In this document: positions 26,308-40,187 of the stretch, piece after piece | How the letters are laid out: every line of letters begins with the position of its first letter | How positions within the stretch are numbered: position 1 is the first letter of the stretch | From: Lytechinus pictus | Lineage: Eukaryota | NCBI RefSeq assembly: GCF_037042905.1 | Contig: NC_087251.1 | Location: 124,001-188,000 of the forward strand | Length of the DNA stretch: 64,000 nt | Direction of reading: 5' to 3' | The notes under the pieces: generated by a model | Told to the model about the DNA's origin: nothing | Database searches by the model: none | The model's input: only the letters and a program-made list of their open reading frames with translations | Position numbers and translations under genes: made by a program

Positions 26308-29017
26308 CTTTTATTGGGTTTTTACAGTTTGAAAGTAAACATCTATAGATATGCATTCATTAGGACATAATATGGTTTTCAAGATTATTAATGCTGCAGA
26401 CAGGCTGTTTAAAGGAATAACCACATTGATCCTTTTTTTTCTTTTTTTTTTGTTGGGACAAAAGGTAAGAGCTTTCAGGTAATTATAATGACAAAGAAGT
26501 CAAATAAATTCAAACTCACATACATAGCTAACTGACAACTCATTCTAAAATACTTTCACAATTGTAATATTTCATAAAAATGTTGAAAAAAAATCATTCT
26601 TATCACTTTTTTCATCAGGAGGTTTGAAACTTTTTTAATGTTTTTTTTTTCCTTTTTGTAAAGTTTGCTAGGAAATGTCCAATAAACATAATCAATCCAT
26701 CTGTATTCATTATTTTCATATTAGAAAAATACACTCAAGATTAGACTTTGTCAATTATCTTAAATGCATTACTGAAATGAGTCATATACATCAAAAATAT
26801 ATCATCTTTCATTCAAATAGAGACAAATAACACCTTTGTACAGTATGAACATCATTTTTTTATAAAATAATTTTTTTTTACAAATAACATTCTTCATAAT
26901 AAACAAAAACAAGGAAAAAGAAATAAGCATTGCCGTGTTTCAAAGAGGTGTTAACAATAAGCTCAATAACAAAAAGTAAATGATGGACATTACAATTCTA
27001 ATTTAAGTGTCATCTATTCATCTTCAATATTCCTCTGCAAAACAGAAATAGCTTGAATAATATCCTTTTTAAAGAACCAATTTACATTTAGAATTCTTCA
27101 TAATGATCCAGAATATTCAGATTGTATTGCCAATTCCTAGCAATTAAAGTAACAGCTTTCAAACTGATAGAGATGTTTTTATGTATGCACATTTGAGTAC
27201 ATACTATGCATAAAATATATCTTGTGTGAACATGAATGCTGATACTATAAGAATACATATCAAGCATTTGTCTCAAGGATTTCTAATGCTGATCAATTTG
27301 ACCTTTATCATGCCCATTGCAGATTGGATCTACAAATGTGTTTTCTAAACTGCTTGCATTTTACAATGACATTGCAGAGTTTGGAAAGCACCACAATCCT
27401 CAAGGTTGATGGACTTCCAGATTGTGTCCTGCTGACATGTATAGAGAAACAACTCATGTAAGTTAAGAGTATTACTTATCCCTTATACAATAAATGCAAA
27501 CTTAGACATTCACTTTCACAACTTTTATCCATTTTCAGATATAATTAGAGTACAATATTATAAGGCTTATTTTTCAATTGACATGAAATAACTGAAGATA
27601 TGTGAAGTTTGAAGATATATTATTTTTTTCCTTCATCATACAACACTATTTCTTCACCCATTTTAACATGCCAGTCTTGGAGGAAACATAATACTATTTA
27701 ATTCAATTCAGACAATGGAGTGATTCATGAAACTCTTGCCTACTTTTTTTCAACTAGACAATGTAGTAAGATCAGTTGCAAATCATTACATGTATCTCTT
27801 TGTCCCCATTTCCAAACTTCAAATTTAATTTGAGCAGTTTATGATGATTCGGACCCTATTTGGCTTTTCACAGCCAATGTCTTCTCAAAAGTTGGAATTG
27901 AGAACAGTTTTATGGAACACCCCAGCCACTATTATCACTTCACATAGCATATACATAAATAATTCTACCCCTCACCCTCATATATAGACAAAGCTAAAAT
28001 CAAATCACTAAGAAATCTCTCATCAACAGCAATAATATAAAATAATTTTCAGGTCAAATGTACACTTCTAATATACCACTTACATCAATAAATTGCAATA
28101 AAATTAAATTCAATTTCATATTCAAAATTCAAATGAGAAAAATTTAAAGATTGTGAGAATCCAAATATTTGATAAAATTCATATATACATGTATGTCTGT
28201 ATGCACATGAGATAGGCACAATATATTTAGTAGGTATACAAATCTTTACGAAATAGAAATACTTGCATCGGGGGGGGGGGGGGTTGTTAAGCCATGCAAT
28301 ACTGAAAAAAACTATTTATGACTGCATGCACATCATTGAAATATCAAACTAGGAAGCATTTACATTCATCAAAATACATGCAACATCAAATGCTCTAAAA
28401 AGTGTTTTGAGTACTCACATCAAAATATCAAAAATCAAATAATATGACATGATTTTCTTTCTGTAGGTATAAACAATACATTTTTCATTGATAAGAAAAT
28501 CATTCCTCTGTAATGTTCAATGCTACAACAAATGACTCCAATGTGATACAGTAAAAAATAAAAAGCAAAACCAATTTCCCTAAAATTAAAGGTGGTTCAC
28601 GAACGAGTCTCAATAAAAGATGCAATATGATCTTTTGACCCCGAGATGACCTTTGACCTTATGATCCTCAAGAACACAAATGCGGTATTACCTAAAGATC
28701 ATTTGTACAGAGTATGACCACAACTGATGCAGATATAAAAGAATGAGAGCAAGTTGAACAAAAAGTTGAAAAAAGGATGGACATGACCTCATATCATTTG
28801 TCTTTTTGACCCCTAGATGACCTTTGTCCCCATTATCCTCATGGACACACATGTAGTATTACCCAGTGATCATATGTTCCAAGTGGAAACATAATTGATG
28901 GAGAAATAAAGAATTGAGACCAAGTTGAACAAATACTCAACCTTTTGACCCCACCATCCTCAGCAACACACATGTGGTATTACCCAACAAAAATTTCAAC
29001 TAGAAATTTGACGGACA

Positions 29018-29808
29018 CAGATGCCCTCGCTTAACGCGATCAGAAATTAATTCAATATGATTGAACTTAATATCATGCAGAAACCAATATGCATATATAT
29101 ATATAATGAACAAATTTAGACCATTAAACCAACTCGCATACATAATTTCTTAAATCTGTTGAATATTTCATAAGTTATCGTGCGGAAACCAACTTGCATA
29201 TTTAATGAGCTGTGACCTTTAACCTGCGGACTCCGAATTCGAACCTTGCCTGTCTTTTGGTGTCATCTACCTACACACCCAAATTTTTTTTACATCTGTT
29301 GAATATTTCATAAGTTATCATGCAGAAACTAACTTGCATATTTAATGAGCTGTGACCTTTGATCTTTGAACTGCGGACTCCAAATTATAACTTAGCCTGT
29401 ATTTTGGTGTCGTCTACCTACACACCAAAGTTGACCAAACGTTTTTAAAATCTGTTGAATATTTCATAAATTATCATGCAGAAACCAACTCGCATATTTA
29501 ATGAGCTGTGACCTTTGACCTACGTACTCCGAATTCAAACTTCGCCTGTATTTTGGCGTCATCTACCTACACACCCAATTTTTTTTTTCAAGTTATCATG
29601 TGGAAACCAACTCACATATTTAATGAGCTGTGACACTCGCATATTTAATGAGCTGTGGCCTTTGACCTGCGGACTCTGAATTTGAACTTAGCCTGTATTT
29701 TTAAAATCCATCAAACATTTTTTGAGTTATTGCGCGGAAACGAAGTGGGGGGACGGACGGACGGGGGCTTAATGCCCCCTACGGACTTTGTCTGCGGGGC
29801 ATAAAAAA
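29018..29808 (-). mobile_element. HINE-like element with ~140-bp internal tandem repeats
   Basis: Begins aactag, ends cggggcataaaaaa; repeated gcatatttaatgagctgtgacc units; ggac microsatellite near the end. Confidence 0.6.
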
Positions 29809-29961
29809 GGATGAACATGACCTATCATTTGATCTTTTGACCCCCAGATGACCTCTGAACCAATCATTCTCATAGGGTCACATGTGGTATCACCCAAGGA
29901 TGATATGTACCAAGTATGAACATAATTGAGGCAAAAATGAAGAAAAAAGAGCTATTTGAAC

Positions 29962-30919
29962 AACAAGTGGAATGCCTCTGGCCGTCTCACCTGCATCACG
30001 CGATTCAATATAGCAGCAGTGCTGATTTTGAAAACTACTATAACTCGCACAAGATGTTCAGTGATACTTGGTTACTCTTATTTCCACGTTTTATGAACTA
30101 GACCAATACACTTATAGAGATATGATGGCAATTCAACAAATACCCCCAACGTGGCCAAAGTTCTTTGACCTTACATGACCTTTGACCTTGATCATGTGAC
30201 CTGAAACTCGCACAGGATGTTCAGTGAAACTTGATTACTATTATGTCCAAGTTTTATGAACTAGACCAACACACTTTCAAATTTATGGCTGTAATTCAAC
30301 AAATACCCCAATTTGGCCAAAGTTCATTGACCCTAAATGACCTTTGACCTTGATCATGTGACCTGAAACTTGCACAGGATGTTCAGTAATACTTGATTAC
30401 TATTATGTCCAAGTTTCATGAATCAGATCCATAAACTTTAAAAGTTATGATGGTAATTCAACAGATACCCCCAATTCGGCCAAAGTTCGTTGACCCTAAA
30501 TGACCTTTGACCTTGGTCATGTGATGTGAAACTCATGCAGGATGTTCAGTGATACTTGATTAACCTTATGTATAAGTTTCATGAACTAGGTCCATATATT
30601 TTCTAAGTTATGATGACATTTCAAAAACTTAACCTTAGGTTAAGATTTTGATGTTGATTCCCCCAACATGGTCTAAGTTCATTGACCCTAAATGACCTTT
30701 GACCTTGGTCATGTGACATGAAACTCAGGCAGGATGTTCAGTAATACTTGATTAACCTTATGGCCAAGTTTCATTAACTAGGTCCATATACTTTCTAAGT
30801 TATGCTGTCATTTCAAAAACTTAACCTCAGGTTAAGATTTGGTGTTGACGCCGCCGCCGCCGTCGCCGTCGGAAAAGCGGCGCCTATAGTCTCACTCTGC
30901 TATGCAGGTGAGACAAAAA
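29962..30919 (-). mobile_element. Helentron-associated (HINE/DINE-like) element with ~120-180 bp tandem repeats
   Basis: subTIR gtctcacctgcat / atgcaggtgagac, partial hairpin gtctcac..gtgagac and (gcc)n tract. Inserted in an A-run of a host repeat that resumes (compare 24781-24855). Confidence 0.75.
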
Positions 30920-31500
30920 CTTTAATATTTCTCAAATGGACTAACAGACCAACAGGAAAAGTGATTACGAGGTCTCTGCCGAACTTCATTCAGGAACGAA
31001 GTAGCATGAAATTATAACAACATAAATTTTAAAAAAATGCACATGTACTCAAAGTTTGCTAGCTCTCCATTGAAATGGTGGACAATCTTTGTCACAATAA
31101 GATGACAAATCCCTTCAGCACTCCAGATACTCGTTTTGTTTTAGCTGCTATGGCAACATAACTCCCTGCATTCTATATCTTCATTGATACAATGCTTTAT
31201 CTTGATGCTATGCCGGGACACACATCTATTTACACACATTGCTTTCCAGGCTAAAAAGTTTTTACATGAAGCTTACTTGCCACGGGAGTTATGTTAGTTT
31301 TGTATTAAAAGCATTCATGCAAACCATGCAGGTGCCTATGTTTCAATCATATGCAACATCCCGGTAACAAAAAGTCATGCTTCAACACATCAAAGTTTCC
31401 GTTTGATTCTTTCTGGAAGACCAAAAACACATGGAGTACACAATTTTTTTTTCATTCACAATTTCAAATGCACACTACAGACTCATCAGTGAGTCATTGC

Positions 31501-32711
31501 TTATTCCTCCTTTGTGCCAGAGTCAGTTGTAGGTAAAGATTTGTTATCCTCTGCAGTTTCAGCTTCAGGTGCATCATGGGAATCTGCTACAGCACTCTCA
31601 GCTGTCCATTGATCAGATTCATCACCTTCTGCTGATTCACTTTCTGGAGCATCCTTTGCTGGAGTCTCAGATGGAATAAGAGTTCTTTCTGATGTACCTT
31701 CCATGTCTCCAGACCCACTCTCTGCTGCCTGATCAGCCTCTGTATCCTCACACTCATCTTGAGACGCATCCTGTGAAGGTGCCACAGGGTTGCTCACCTG
31801 AATGTTAGACTGATCATTTAAACTGCTTTTAGCAATGAGCTCACTTTCACTTGTATTCAAGGGTTCACAGTCAAATTGGGGTCCATTGTCTGATTGCTTT
31901 GTTTGTCCGTCTGCCTCAGAGCCTGATCCTGCTGTTGGTGGAATGGAAGAGTCAGCTTTACAAGGTTTGCTTTGCTGACATGAATCTGCTTCTGATGGGT
32001 GATAATTATATGAAAAGGCTGACTCTTCTTCAGGAGGCTTCCACATGCCATAATCAGCTTCCCCGCTATCTGCTCCACATGTTGCCCAGTCTATATGCGT
32101 TGGTGTCGGAAGACTTGTCGTTGACAGACTACCTGGTGAAGTTGGGCTTGAGAACCCAGAGGGCTCTGGTAGATGGCTCAACCTCAGTTCATTCTCTTTC
32201 CTAGAAGATGGTTTATCAGTATGAGAACTTGTGCCATTCCAGACCTGACCTGTTGAAGCAGGCCACTGGTCTACACCTCCATCAGCCATCTTCCGTGGCC
32301 TAGTCTCTGTCAAAACCGGCTGAATATCTTTATTTTCTACGGGGAGCTCATCCTGATCAGAGCTTGTAGGAGTAGGAGGCTCCCATTGTCCTATGGCTAC
32401 ACCCAAGGCCTCGCTTGGCTTGTCCGAATCTGTTGATGCCAGCCAGCTCTCTGTTTTACTTTTGGGAGAAATTTCCATTTCCCAGTTATCCACCACAGCT
32501 GGGGCTTGCCACTGTCCTATTGGCCCAGACAGCGGATCTACCCTCTTCTCTTCTTTAGATTGTGCCTGTGATGTCTGCGATGACTGTGATCCCTGTGGTT
32601 GCGAATCCGGTGATCTTTTGTCATTGGGGTTATTGAAGTCACTACCTCTGCCCCTTCCATGACCCCTTCCACGACCCCTATATCCTCTCGGCAGGCCACC
32701 TCTATAATAAC
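31501..32711 (-). CDS. Terminal coding exon of an unidentified host gene: RG-rich segment plus ~380-aa acidic Ser/Pro-rich disordered tail
   Basis: Open frame from the acceptor (polypyrimidine...ttag at 32712) to TAA at 31501-31503. Reads YYRGGLPRGYRGRGRGHGRGRGSDFNN... continuing into the 331-aa ORF. GC is elevated relative to the flanks. Confidence 0.9.
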
Positions 32712-33269
32712 CTAATGTAAACCAAAAAAGGAAAAAAAGTTGAGAACATTCTTTTTAAGTAGAACAACTTTAAGTAAAGTACATACAATTGCTAGTAAAA
32801 ATTACAGCTTTCTTGTAGACAGATAAATGGTTTATATGATAAAAATCATACATCATGGCAGCCAAGCTGTAACATGATGCATTTAAATTTGAGTTGCAAA
32901 GTCTTTGCAAAGATTATAAATTGATCACCAAGGGTACCATACTGTAATTCAAATGAATATTAATGAAAAATCATTTACCACTGTTAATTCATTTTAAAAC
33001 CCAGTTAGGACAGAGTCCTTGGGCCCAATTTCAATTGAAGTTGCTTTAATAGCAAGTCTTGCTGGAATGTCAACTACCAAGACGACAAAGAAATTCTGCT
33101 TTTTGATTGACTCTTTCAATGAAAGGTGATATTTAAGCAAGAGTTGCTAACATAGCAACTTTTAATGAAATGGGGTCCTAAAAACCAAAAAGCATGAAAT
33201 GGCAATGCTTTTTGTTGAAACAAAAAAAAAGACATGGAATGAATAAAAACAAAGAAATATGGAACTCAC

Positions 33270-33313
33270 CTCTTCCTTGCCGATTACCTCCTCTATGATC
33301 ATCCCATGAATCC
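33270..33313 (-). CDS. 44-bp internal coding exon (DSWDDHRGGNRQGR-G)
   Basis: Acceptor ctctctataacag with pyrimidine tract, donor gtgagt. The phase-1 end joins the terminal exon in frame (G+GT = Gly). Confidence 0.85.
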
Positions 33314-34814
33314 CTGTTATAGAGAGAGACAGAGGGAGAGCCAGAGACAAAGAAACACAAAGAGGAACATAGGCAGAAGAGAGAAAGACAGAGACAGAAA
33401 TAAAGTAAGAAACAAAGATAAATAGAACAAAGGAAAAGGGAGATTAAGGGTTAAGAAACAAAGGAAGGAAAGTACAGAAAAGGAGAGCAGGTAAAGAAAA
33501 TAGAAAGATTAAAAAATGGAATAAGAGGACAAAGCAAAAGAAAATATGCAAAAAATTTACTAAAACAAAATTATGTAGTTTACAAAGTGAAACCAATCTC
33601 CCATCAAAACAGAAATACATTTTTTTTTCATGGAATAAAAAACATACCTGATGAAATACCTCATACCTCATGAGCATTATTTGCTCAGATCCTTAAAAAG
33701 CCTATTTTATCTCTCATTTCTTATTTCAACAGATAAAAATTAACTTTAAAATATCATAAGAAAATGAAAAATGATAATTCAGGCCATGTTGAACTGAACA
33801 GTCTGAATACTAATACTACATGTACTTCACTAATAGAAGGTCTGAGTGCAAGCAAGAACCTCTATCTATGTTAAATGAGGCAAATTCTGACCAGATAGCC
33901 TGGCTGCACAGCAGACCTATTAGACTAATGAAAATTGTGACCAAATTACCGTTGGCAGACTTGGCAGTTGATGTTTATCAGGCAAGCAGAGAGTGCATCA
34001 TTAAAAGGGATAGATGAAGCATTCATCAGAGGATCATATATTAAAGGGGAAATTCACCATTTATGATCAGTGCAAATGAAATACTATTAAGGTTTGTTCA
34101 CACAATTCTAAACACTATTTTTAATGAAAATTTTAAATTACATATGAGAGAAAGGGAAAAGACAGGATACATTTATTATCACCTAGCTACAACTATCGCA
34201 CAAAATTGTCCCCCATTTTCATGAAAATTCTCAGAGAGCAGAAACAGATTTTGAGATAACACATGCTTTTAAAGGTAAAGGTTTTGTAGGTATGAAAGTA
34301 AGTGATTGAATTGGTTAGTTAGTTTGTTGGTTGATTGATAGTGTTTTGGGAAAATTCGTCAGTTTTGATTATTACTACCTTCTTCTCAATGACAACCAAA
34401 CATTTGTTTTGTTTTGTTATTTTATTTCATCCACCAAAAAAATAATGTGTTTGGATATTTATTTTTCATACAGTATGTCCTGGGAGAGTTTTCCTCCATG
34501 CATATTCTGACACTATTTTCTTATGGGTCTTTGCATGCAGGACTGACTATGAGACAATCTCCAGAAATTCGTAAAATCTCAGTTGCGCCAAGTGGCTGGA
34601 TGAAGAAAAAACAAATTGTGAAAGAACTTATATCTTATGTGCACGCATAAAGACAAACATGCGCGAGCACTCACCCATACACAGCTAGACTGACACACAC
34701 TTATGTACAAAACACTGTTAATTTGTTGTTTAAGTTCATATCCCTCTGCCATTGATCCTTGACGGTGCACAATATTGTTGTGTGAGGTAGCGCATTCCTT
34801 TTGATTATCTTTAA

Positions 34815-35327
34815 AGGGGAAGTTTACCATGACAAAAAGTTTTTTGTAAAAATAACTAAAAAATAACTTTAAAAATATCAAATTCAATTCAGTTGAATTT
34901 AATTTAAAAGGTTTGAAGAAAATCCAAAGACTACGACAGTAATTAAAATATTAAGTTTTTGATTTGTGACATCATATATGGGCAGCTGCCCCCCCCCCCC
35001 CACCATATGTCATGGAATATAAAATGCACATTTTTTTAATGGTTCATGGTGATATCTTTTCTTTCAGGATCAGGTGTGACATGATTTGTCTGTTGATATT
35101 CTGAAGGTACAATGAAAAAAAAATCTTTTTTTATAGAAAATTACATTTCATTAATTTTTTTGAATTGTCGATACATGGAAAGCTTCTCGCAAAGACGTCA
35201 CAAATCAAAATATTTACCTTCTAACAACTTTTTCAATCTCTCATGGATTTTCCTCAAAATTCACCAATATTTTTTACTATTTTCCTGCCATGTTTACAAT
35301 AAAAATTTTATCCGGGTGACTTTCCCC
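34815..35327. mobile_element. Degenerate TTAA-flanked MITE
   Basis: ttaa-aggggaagtttacc ... ggtgactttcccc-ttaa; tttgtgac(a)tc / gacgtcacaaatcaaaa inverted motif. Confidence 0.7.
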
Positions 35328-36939
35328 TTAAAATTGCATTTTATACTCCAGGTTATGGCTCAAATGAAAAATTATTTTGAACACAGCCCAAGGTGAATTT
35401 GCCGCGATGTTGAAGCCTGACATAGCAAGCAATAAAGGAATGAATGCATTTTTATTGTAGCCAGCATTAATAACAATTGCCCATTACCTATAATAATATA
35501 TAAATAACTTAAAACTATTTGCCAGATATGAAAAATATAAGAATGTAAAATTGACTCTCTGTTAGCCCCCACAAGGTCACCGACAATGGTGTACATTTTA
35601 TAATTTCAAAATTTCATGTGCATTTTATCCGGCTTGTATCTCCAAATATCTTCATATCTATGGGTGATAGGATGACAGCTCACAAGAATTAGTTCTATAT
35701 TTTCCCATAATTGTTCCTTTTCTTGAAAGCAGTACTTATCAAGAAGAAAAGCCAGTGAACCTGAATGGTTGGATGTCATACTACAGTCACACCATAGCCT
35801 AATTAAAGACATACACAGGAATACCCAAAGACTGTCTTACTATGAACCAACATGCAAAGGTCTGTGATAGTTTAAGTTTACATCTTTATAGACCTCGCAG
35901 CACTCTGCCTTGTGCATGAATAACTTTGCCTGCGCTCATTCTCATTTGAATGATTGCATGTAGGCATTGTTGCTCGCGCAGTGCTTACAGTGTGCTCACA
36001 GCCCCGAAAGCAATACTGCCACTCACTATACATTGTAATTCACGTTCGCGCATAGTTTGTTACTTACGCGAGCCAATTATTAGGTAGATGCAACAGTGCT
36101 ACTGCTACCCTAAAATATTGCTGCACATTTCTGAGATCACCTACATACTTGAAGCACAGCAATGAGTACAAAAATGGTATATGTAAAGATGTGACCAAGA
36201 CATTACATGTTGTTGGGTAGTGATGGACATGCTCGAAGTTTAGGGAAAAGAGAATTGCATCCAATCTGGGAGATAATCAATGCAAATGAGCACTGGGAAT
36301 GCTTCAGTAACAAGATGAATAAGAAAGCCAGGGAGAGAAGTACAAACTACAAAGAGGGATGGAGAGAGAGAGGGGGAGAGAAGAATATGAGTAAGATAAG
36401 ATAGATAGCTACTTTAGATATATAGATAGAGAGATAATAATTGAAGGAAAGATGGGAGAACAGAGATAGAAAGATGGAGGACGTTATGAGAGGAACAAAA
36501 TGAGAAACAGAGAGAATGAATGACAGGAGATAGAGAAGGCAAGAATACCATTGGAAACAAACGTAAGTCAGAAATAGAATTGGGTCGTATCCAGTGTCTG
36601 AAACTGGAGAGAAGGAGAACGGAAAACTAATAAAAGCTCTTAAAGGCAATCAATCAGATGAATCTTTCCTCTTCATTCCTTAAATTGGAAACAAGGCAAC
36701 CAATACACAAGCACCGCAGTATACTTATAGATAATCAAGTGTCAGGGCTGCAAAGAGCTCTTATTTCTTTACTAATGAAGTTTTGAATTAAGTAAATCAA
36801 TAGCCTACACTTTAAAAGACGTAGTGCTACCTAATGTTTAGTTGGTTTCAATAAAAACAGAAAAATGAAACATATGGGATCATATTCACATAAGAAGTTT
36901 ATCTTTTGTCAGGATAGCCCATCCACCAATAAGTACTTA

Positions 36940-37779
36940 GGGTGTGTTTATGCTCCATTGCGAGGACAGAATCAGCGTTTTCAAACGTCGATTCAAAACG
37001 CCGATCGTAAACGTGGTTCTGGGAGTGCTGTTTATGCTTAACTTTTCACGATCTCCAGCTGGCTTCGCATCGTAATTTTCGTTGAGCAGGAAAGCGAGGT
37101 CAAATTTAATGGGCACGCCCTTTTTTGAAAGTTTTTTTTTTCCGAGTGTTGTTATGATGAAGGTACGTTGACTGTTATATAAACATCGAACAATTTCCAA
37201 TATTTTAGTCATTGCATGGAGCTTCTTGATATAGCCATATAATTTCCACCATGGTGAGGATAATAGTAAGAACAAATAAAGAATATTAAGTGTACAAAAT
37301 AATAAAATATCTATTTGATTATGCTATTGGGGCATCTGGCGATGTATCCTCATGATAACTCATGTTCCTGGGGTTTTTCGGTGTAAATCCCTCAACATTC
37401 ATTGTGATGACAAATTGGAAGAGTAATACTAGTAATAGTACTACACATGCAAAACAAGGGAAGATGAGAGGTAATTCCGTGGAGGTAACATGCGCCCATG
37501 TGGGGCAATGCGATTATTTGGCCGGGGATTTTCATCTCACCGGAAGCATGTACCAAATGACGTCATTTAAACACGTTTACGATCGTAGTTCTGTTTAAAC
37601 TTCCCCAGAAAGCCTGATTCTGGTCAAACGACGTTTACAAACGCACCTTTTTGTGAGTTTACGATCGGCGTTTTGAAACAGCGTTTGAATGAAAGTAAGC
37701 ATGGACTCAACCGTGTTTTGGACTAATCACGTTTGGAAACGCTGATTCTGGCCAGAAAAGTGGAAACATAAACACGGCC
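36940..37779. mobile_element. PIF/Harbinger (Tourist-like) MITE
   Basis: TTA TSD; termini gggtgtgtttatg / cataaacacggcc; subterminal cagaatcagcgttt / aaacgctgattctg. Confidence 0.8.
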
Positions 37780-39062
37780 TTAGTCTTACAGGGGCATTTT
37801 CACGGTGGAAACTTTCCAAAGGAATAAACAGGAATTTTAGGAATTTTCTGCAATTTTCAAGAAAGGTTGGCAATTTTCAAGAAATGTTGGTCATTTTCAA
37901 AACATATCAATTCCTTAGCACTCCTTTTCAGAGATTATGTAGCTGAACGCATTTTTACATTACATGGCATTTTGTAAAATTCTCGACATCTTTTTACACT
38001 TTCCTCTACCATTAAAAATTGAAAGGGGGTACAATATCCTCATTCTAGATAAAAGAAGGGAACATTTCCTTTCCATTCCATTTAAATCATGCCCTTACTT
38101 GAAAAGAAAAACCTCTATCACTTTTAGGTTAAACTTTACGATCCAATTAACATTTTTTGTGCTGTTTGTGCATAATTTCCATTGATCGGTCGCACTGCGC
38201 TCAAATGTCATTTAGTATGACGATGTTCAACCTGGCAGCAGTGCGTTTTGCGTCAGATTCGGAAATCCTCGTTCCCAGAAAAGAATATATAATATGTAAG
38301 CTTTTCAAAGATATAAAATTCATCTTGATTAATTAATGTTTAGCTCTATCAGTTTCATGTCAAATTATGCTGGTCACATTTTAGAAGCTAAATCCAGGGT
38401 TGCATGATGTGTGTAGTGCAGCTATACATGCATTGAACTTTCTAGACTCTTTATTAAACTTCGGTGGAGTTCAAGGGGGAGAAACTGACCAGTATTTGAG
38501 TTGTCTCTCATTGACTAGGTGTTATAAATAGCAAGCCTTAAAATTATCTTTTGAAATAACAATTATTAGTACAAAGTATTAATACAGATCTATAATAAAA
38601 TAGCCGATTGGCCGATAATTGCACTTCTCCATTGAAAAGCAGGTAGCTGATTCAATAAATGTGTTTTAGGGTAGCAGTTACACTAATTACACATGTAAAA
38701 TAGTTCAAAATCAGTTTGTGAACAAATCAAACAACCTGTGAGCTGGAATCCCAATATAGCAAGTGGCAGTAGTTTGTGTTCATGGCTCTAAAATACTTAA
38801 AATAAAAGATGCATTGAGGTGTTGGGAAAGAATTCTATAAATAATAATATTGCATATTTGTATAGGCGATCAAGGCAGTTTAATAGTCAATACAAAATCT
38901 TCTTTCACTAATGGTCCGAATATCCCTAAAAATCAACTTTCTTCTGAATGATTCTCAGCACTTTAGATGTAGGATGTGTGAAATAATCAATAAACTTTTC
39001 CTTGTACAATGATATATTTATGTTTTCTTGTATGATTCATGAATAGTGTGAACATGTCACCC

Positions 39063-39905
39063 AAGTTTCTAGTCTGCTAGTTCCAGGGCTAAGAAACTCC
39101 CTCAGAGACGAATCTTAAACAGAATAATATGGACACTTCATTTGAGTTTCCAGCCTGCTGGTTCCTGGGCTAAGAAACTCCCTCAGAGACGATTCTTAAA
39201 CAGAACAGTATGAACACTTCATTTGAGTTTCCAGCCTGCTGGTTCCGGGGATAAGAAACTCCCCCAGAGACGATTCTTAAACAGAATAGTATGAACACTT
39301 CATTTGAGTTTCCAGCCTGCTGGTTCCTGGGCTAAGAAACTCCCTCAGAGACGATTCTTAAACAGAACAGTATGAACACTTCATTTGAGTTTCCAGCCTG
39401 CTGGTTCCGGGGATAAGAAACTCCCCCAGAGACGATTCTTAAACAGAATAGTATGAACACTTCATTTGAGTTTCCAGCCTGCTGGTTCCTGGGCTAAAAA
39501 ACTCCCTCAGAGACGATTCTTAAACAGAACAGTATGAACACTTCATTTGAGTTTCCAGCCTGCTGGTTCCGGGGATAAGAAACTCCCCCAGAGACGATTC
39601 TTAAACAGAATAGTATGAACACTTCATTTGAGTTTCCAGCCTGCTGGTTCCTGGGCTAAGAAACTCCCTCAGAGACGATTCTTAAACAGAACTGTATGAA
39701 CACTTCATTTGAGTTTCCAGGCTGCTGGTTCTGGGGCTAAGAAACTCCCTCAGAGATGATTCTTAAACAGAACGGTATGAACACTTCACTTGAGTTTCCA
39801 GCCTGCTGGTTCCGGGGCTAAGAAACTCCCTCAGAAATGATTCTTAAACAGAACAGTATGAACACTTCATTTGAGTTTCCAGCCTGCTGGTTCCGGGGCT
39901 AAAAA
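39063..39905. repeat. 81-bp minisatellite, ~10.4 copies, alternating A/B units
   Basis: gagtttccag at 39144, 39225, 39306, 39387, 39468, 39549, 39630, 39711, 39792 and 39873 (exact 81-bp period). Confidence 0.97.
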
Positions 39906-40187
39906 AGTCATCAGAGATGACATGTAGTCATGGCTCACTGATCAAGACATGCATCAAGATATCGGCAGATGATGCATGTTCAATTTAAGGACACTATAAT
40001 CCTATTCCACATTCATTTACATCGTAATACCATGGATTAAATTATGATAGATACAGCAGTGTCGTGGCTTAGACTGGTAATGCACTTGTAACGTGTACAC
40101 TATTAATGGCAAAGCTCTATCAGTATCAAATTTTGAAAGACAATAGTGTTGGACAACAAAATCAAACCATATAAAGTCCTTATATAA

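Noticed and set aside
31501..33313. Assigning a gene symbol (for example FMR1, TDRD3 or GW182-like)
   Set aside because: Only low-complexity C-terminal exons are visible and no diagnostic folded domain is present.
33648..33691. Candidate additional 44-bp exon (ag...gtatg on the minus strand)
   Set aside because: The frame required to join the next exon contains TAA.
39063..39905. CRISPR array or coding repeat
   Set aside because: Whole units are near-identical with no unique spacers, there are no cas genes, and stops occur in all frames.
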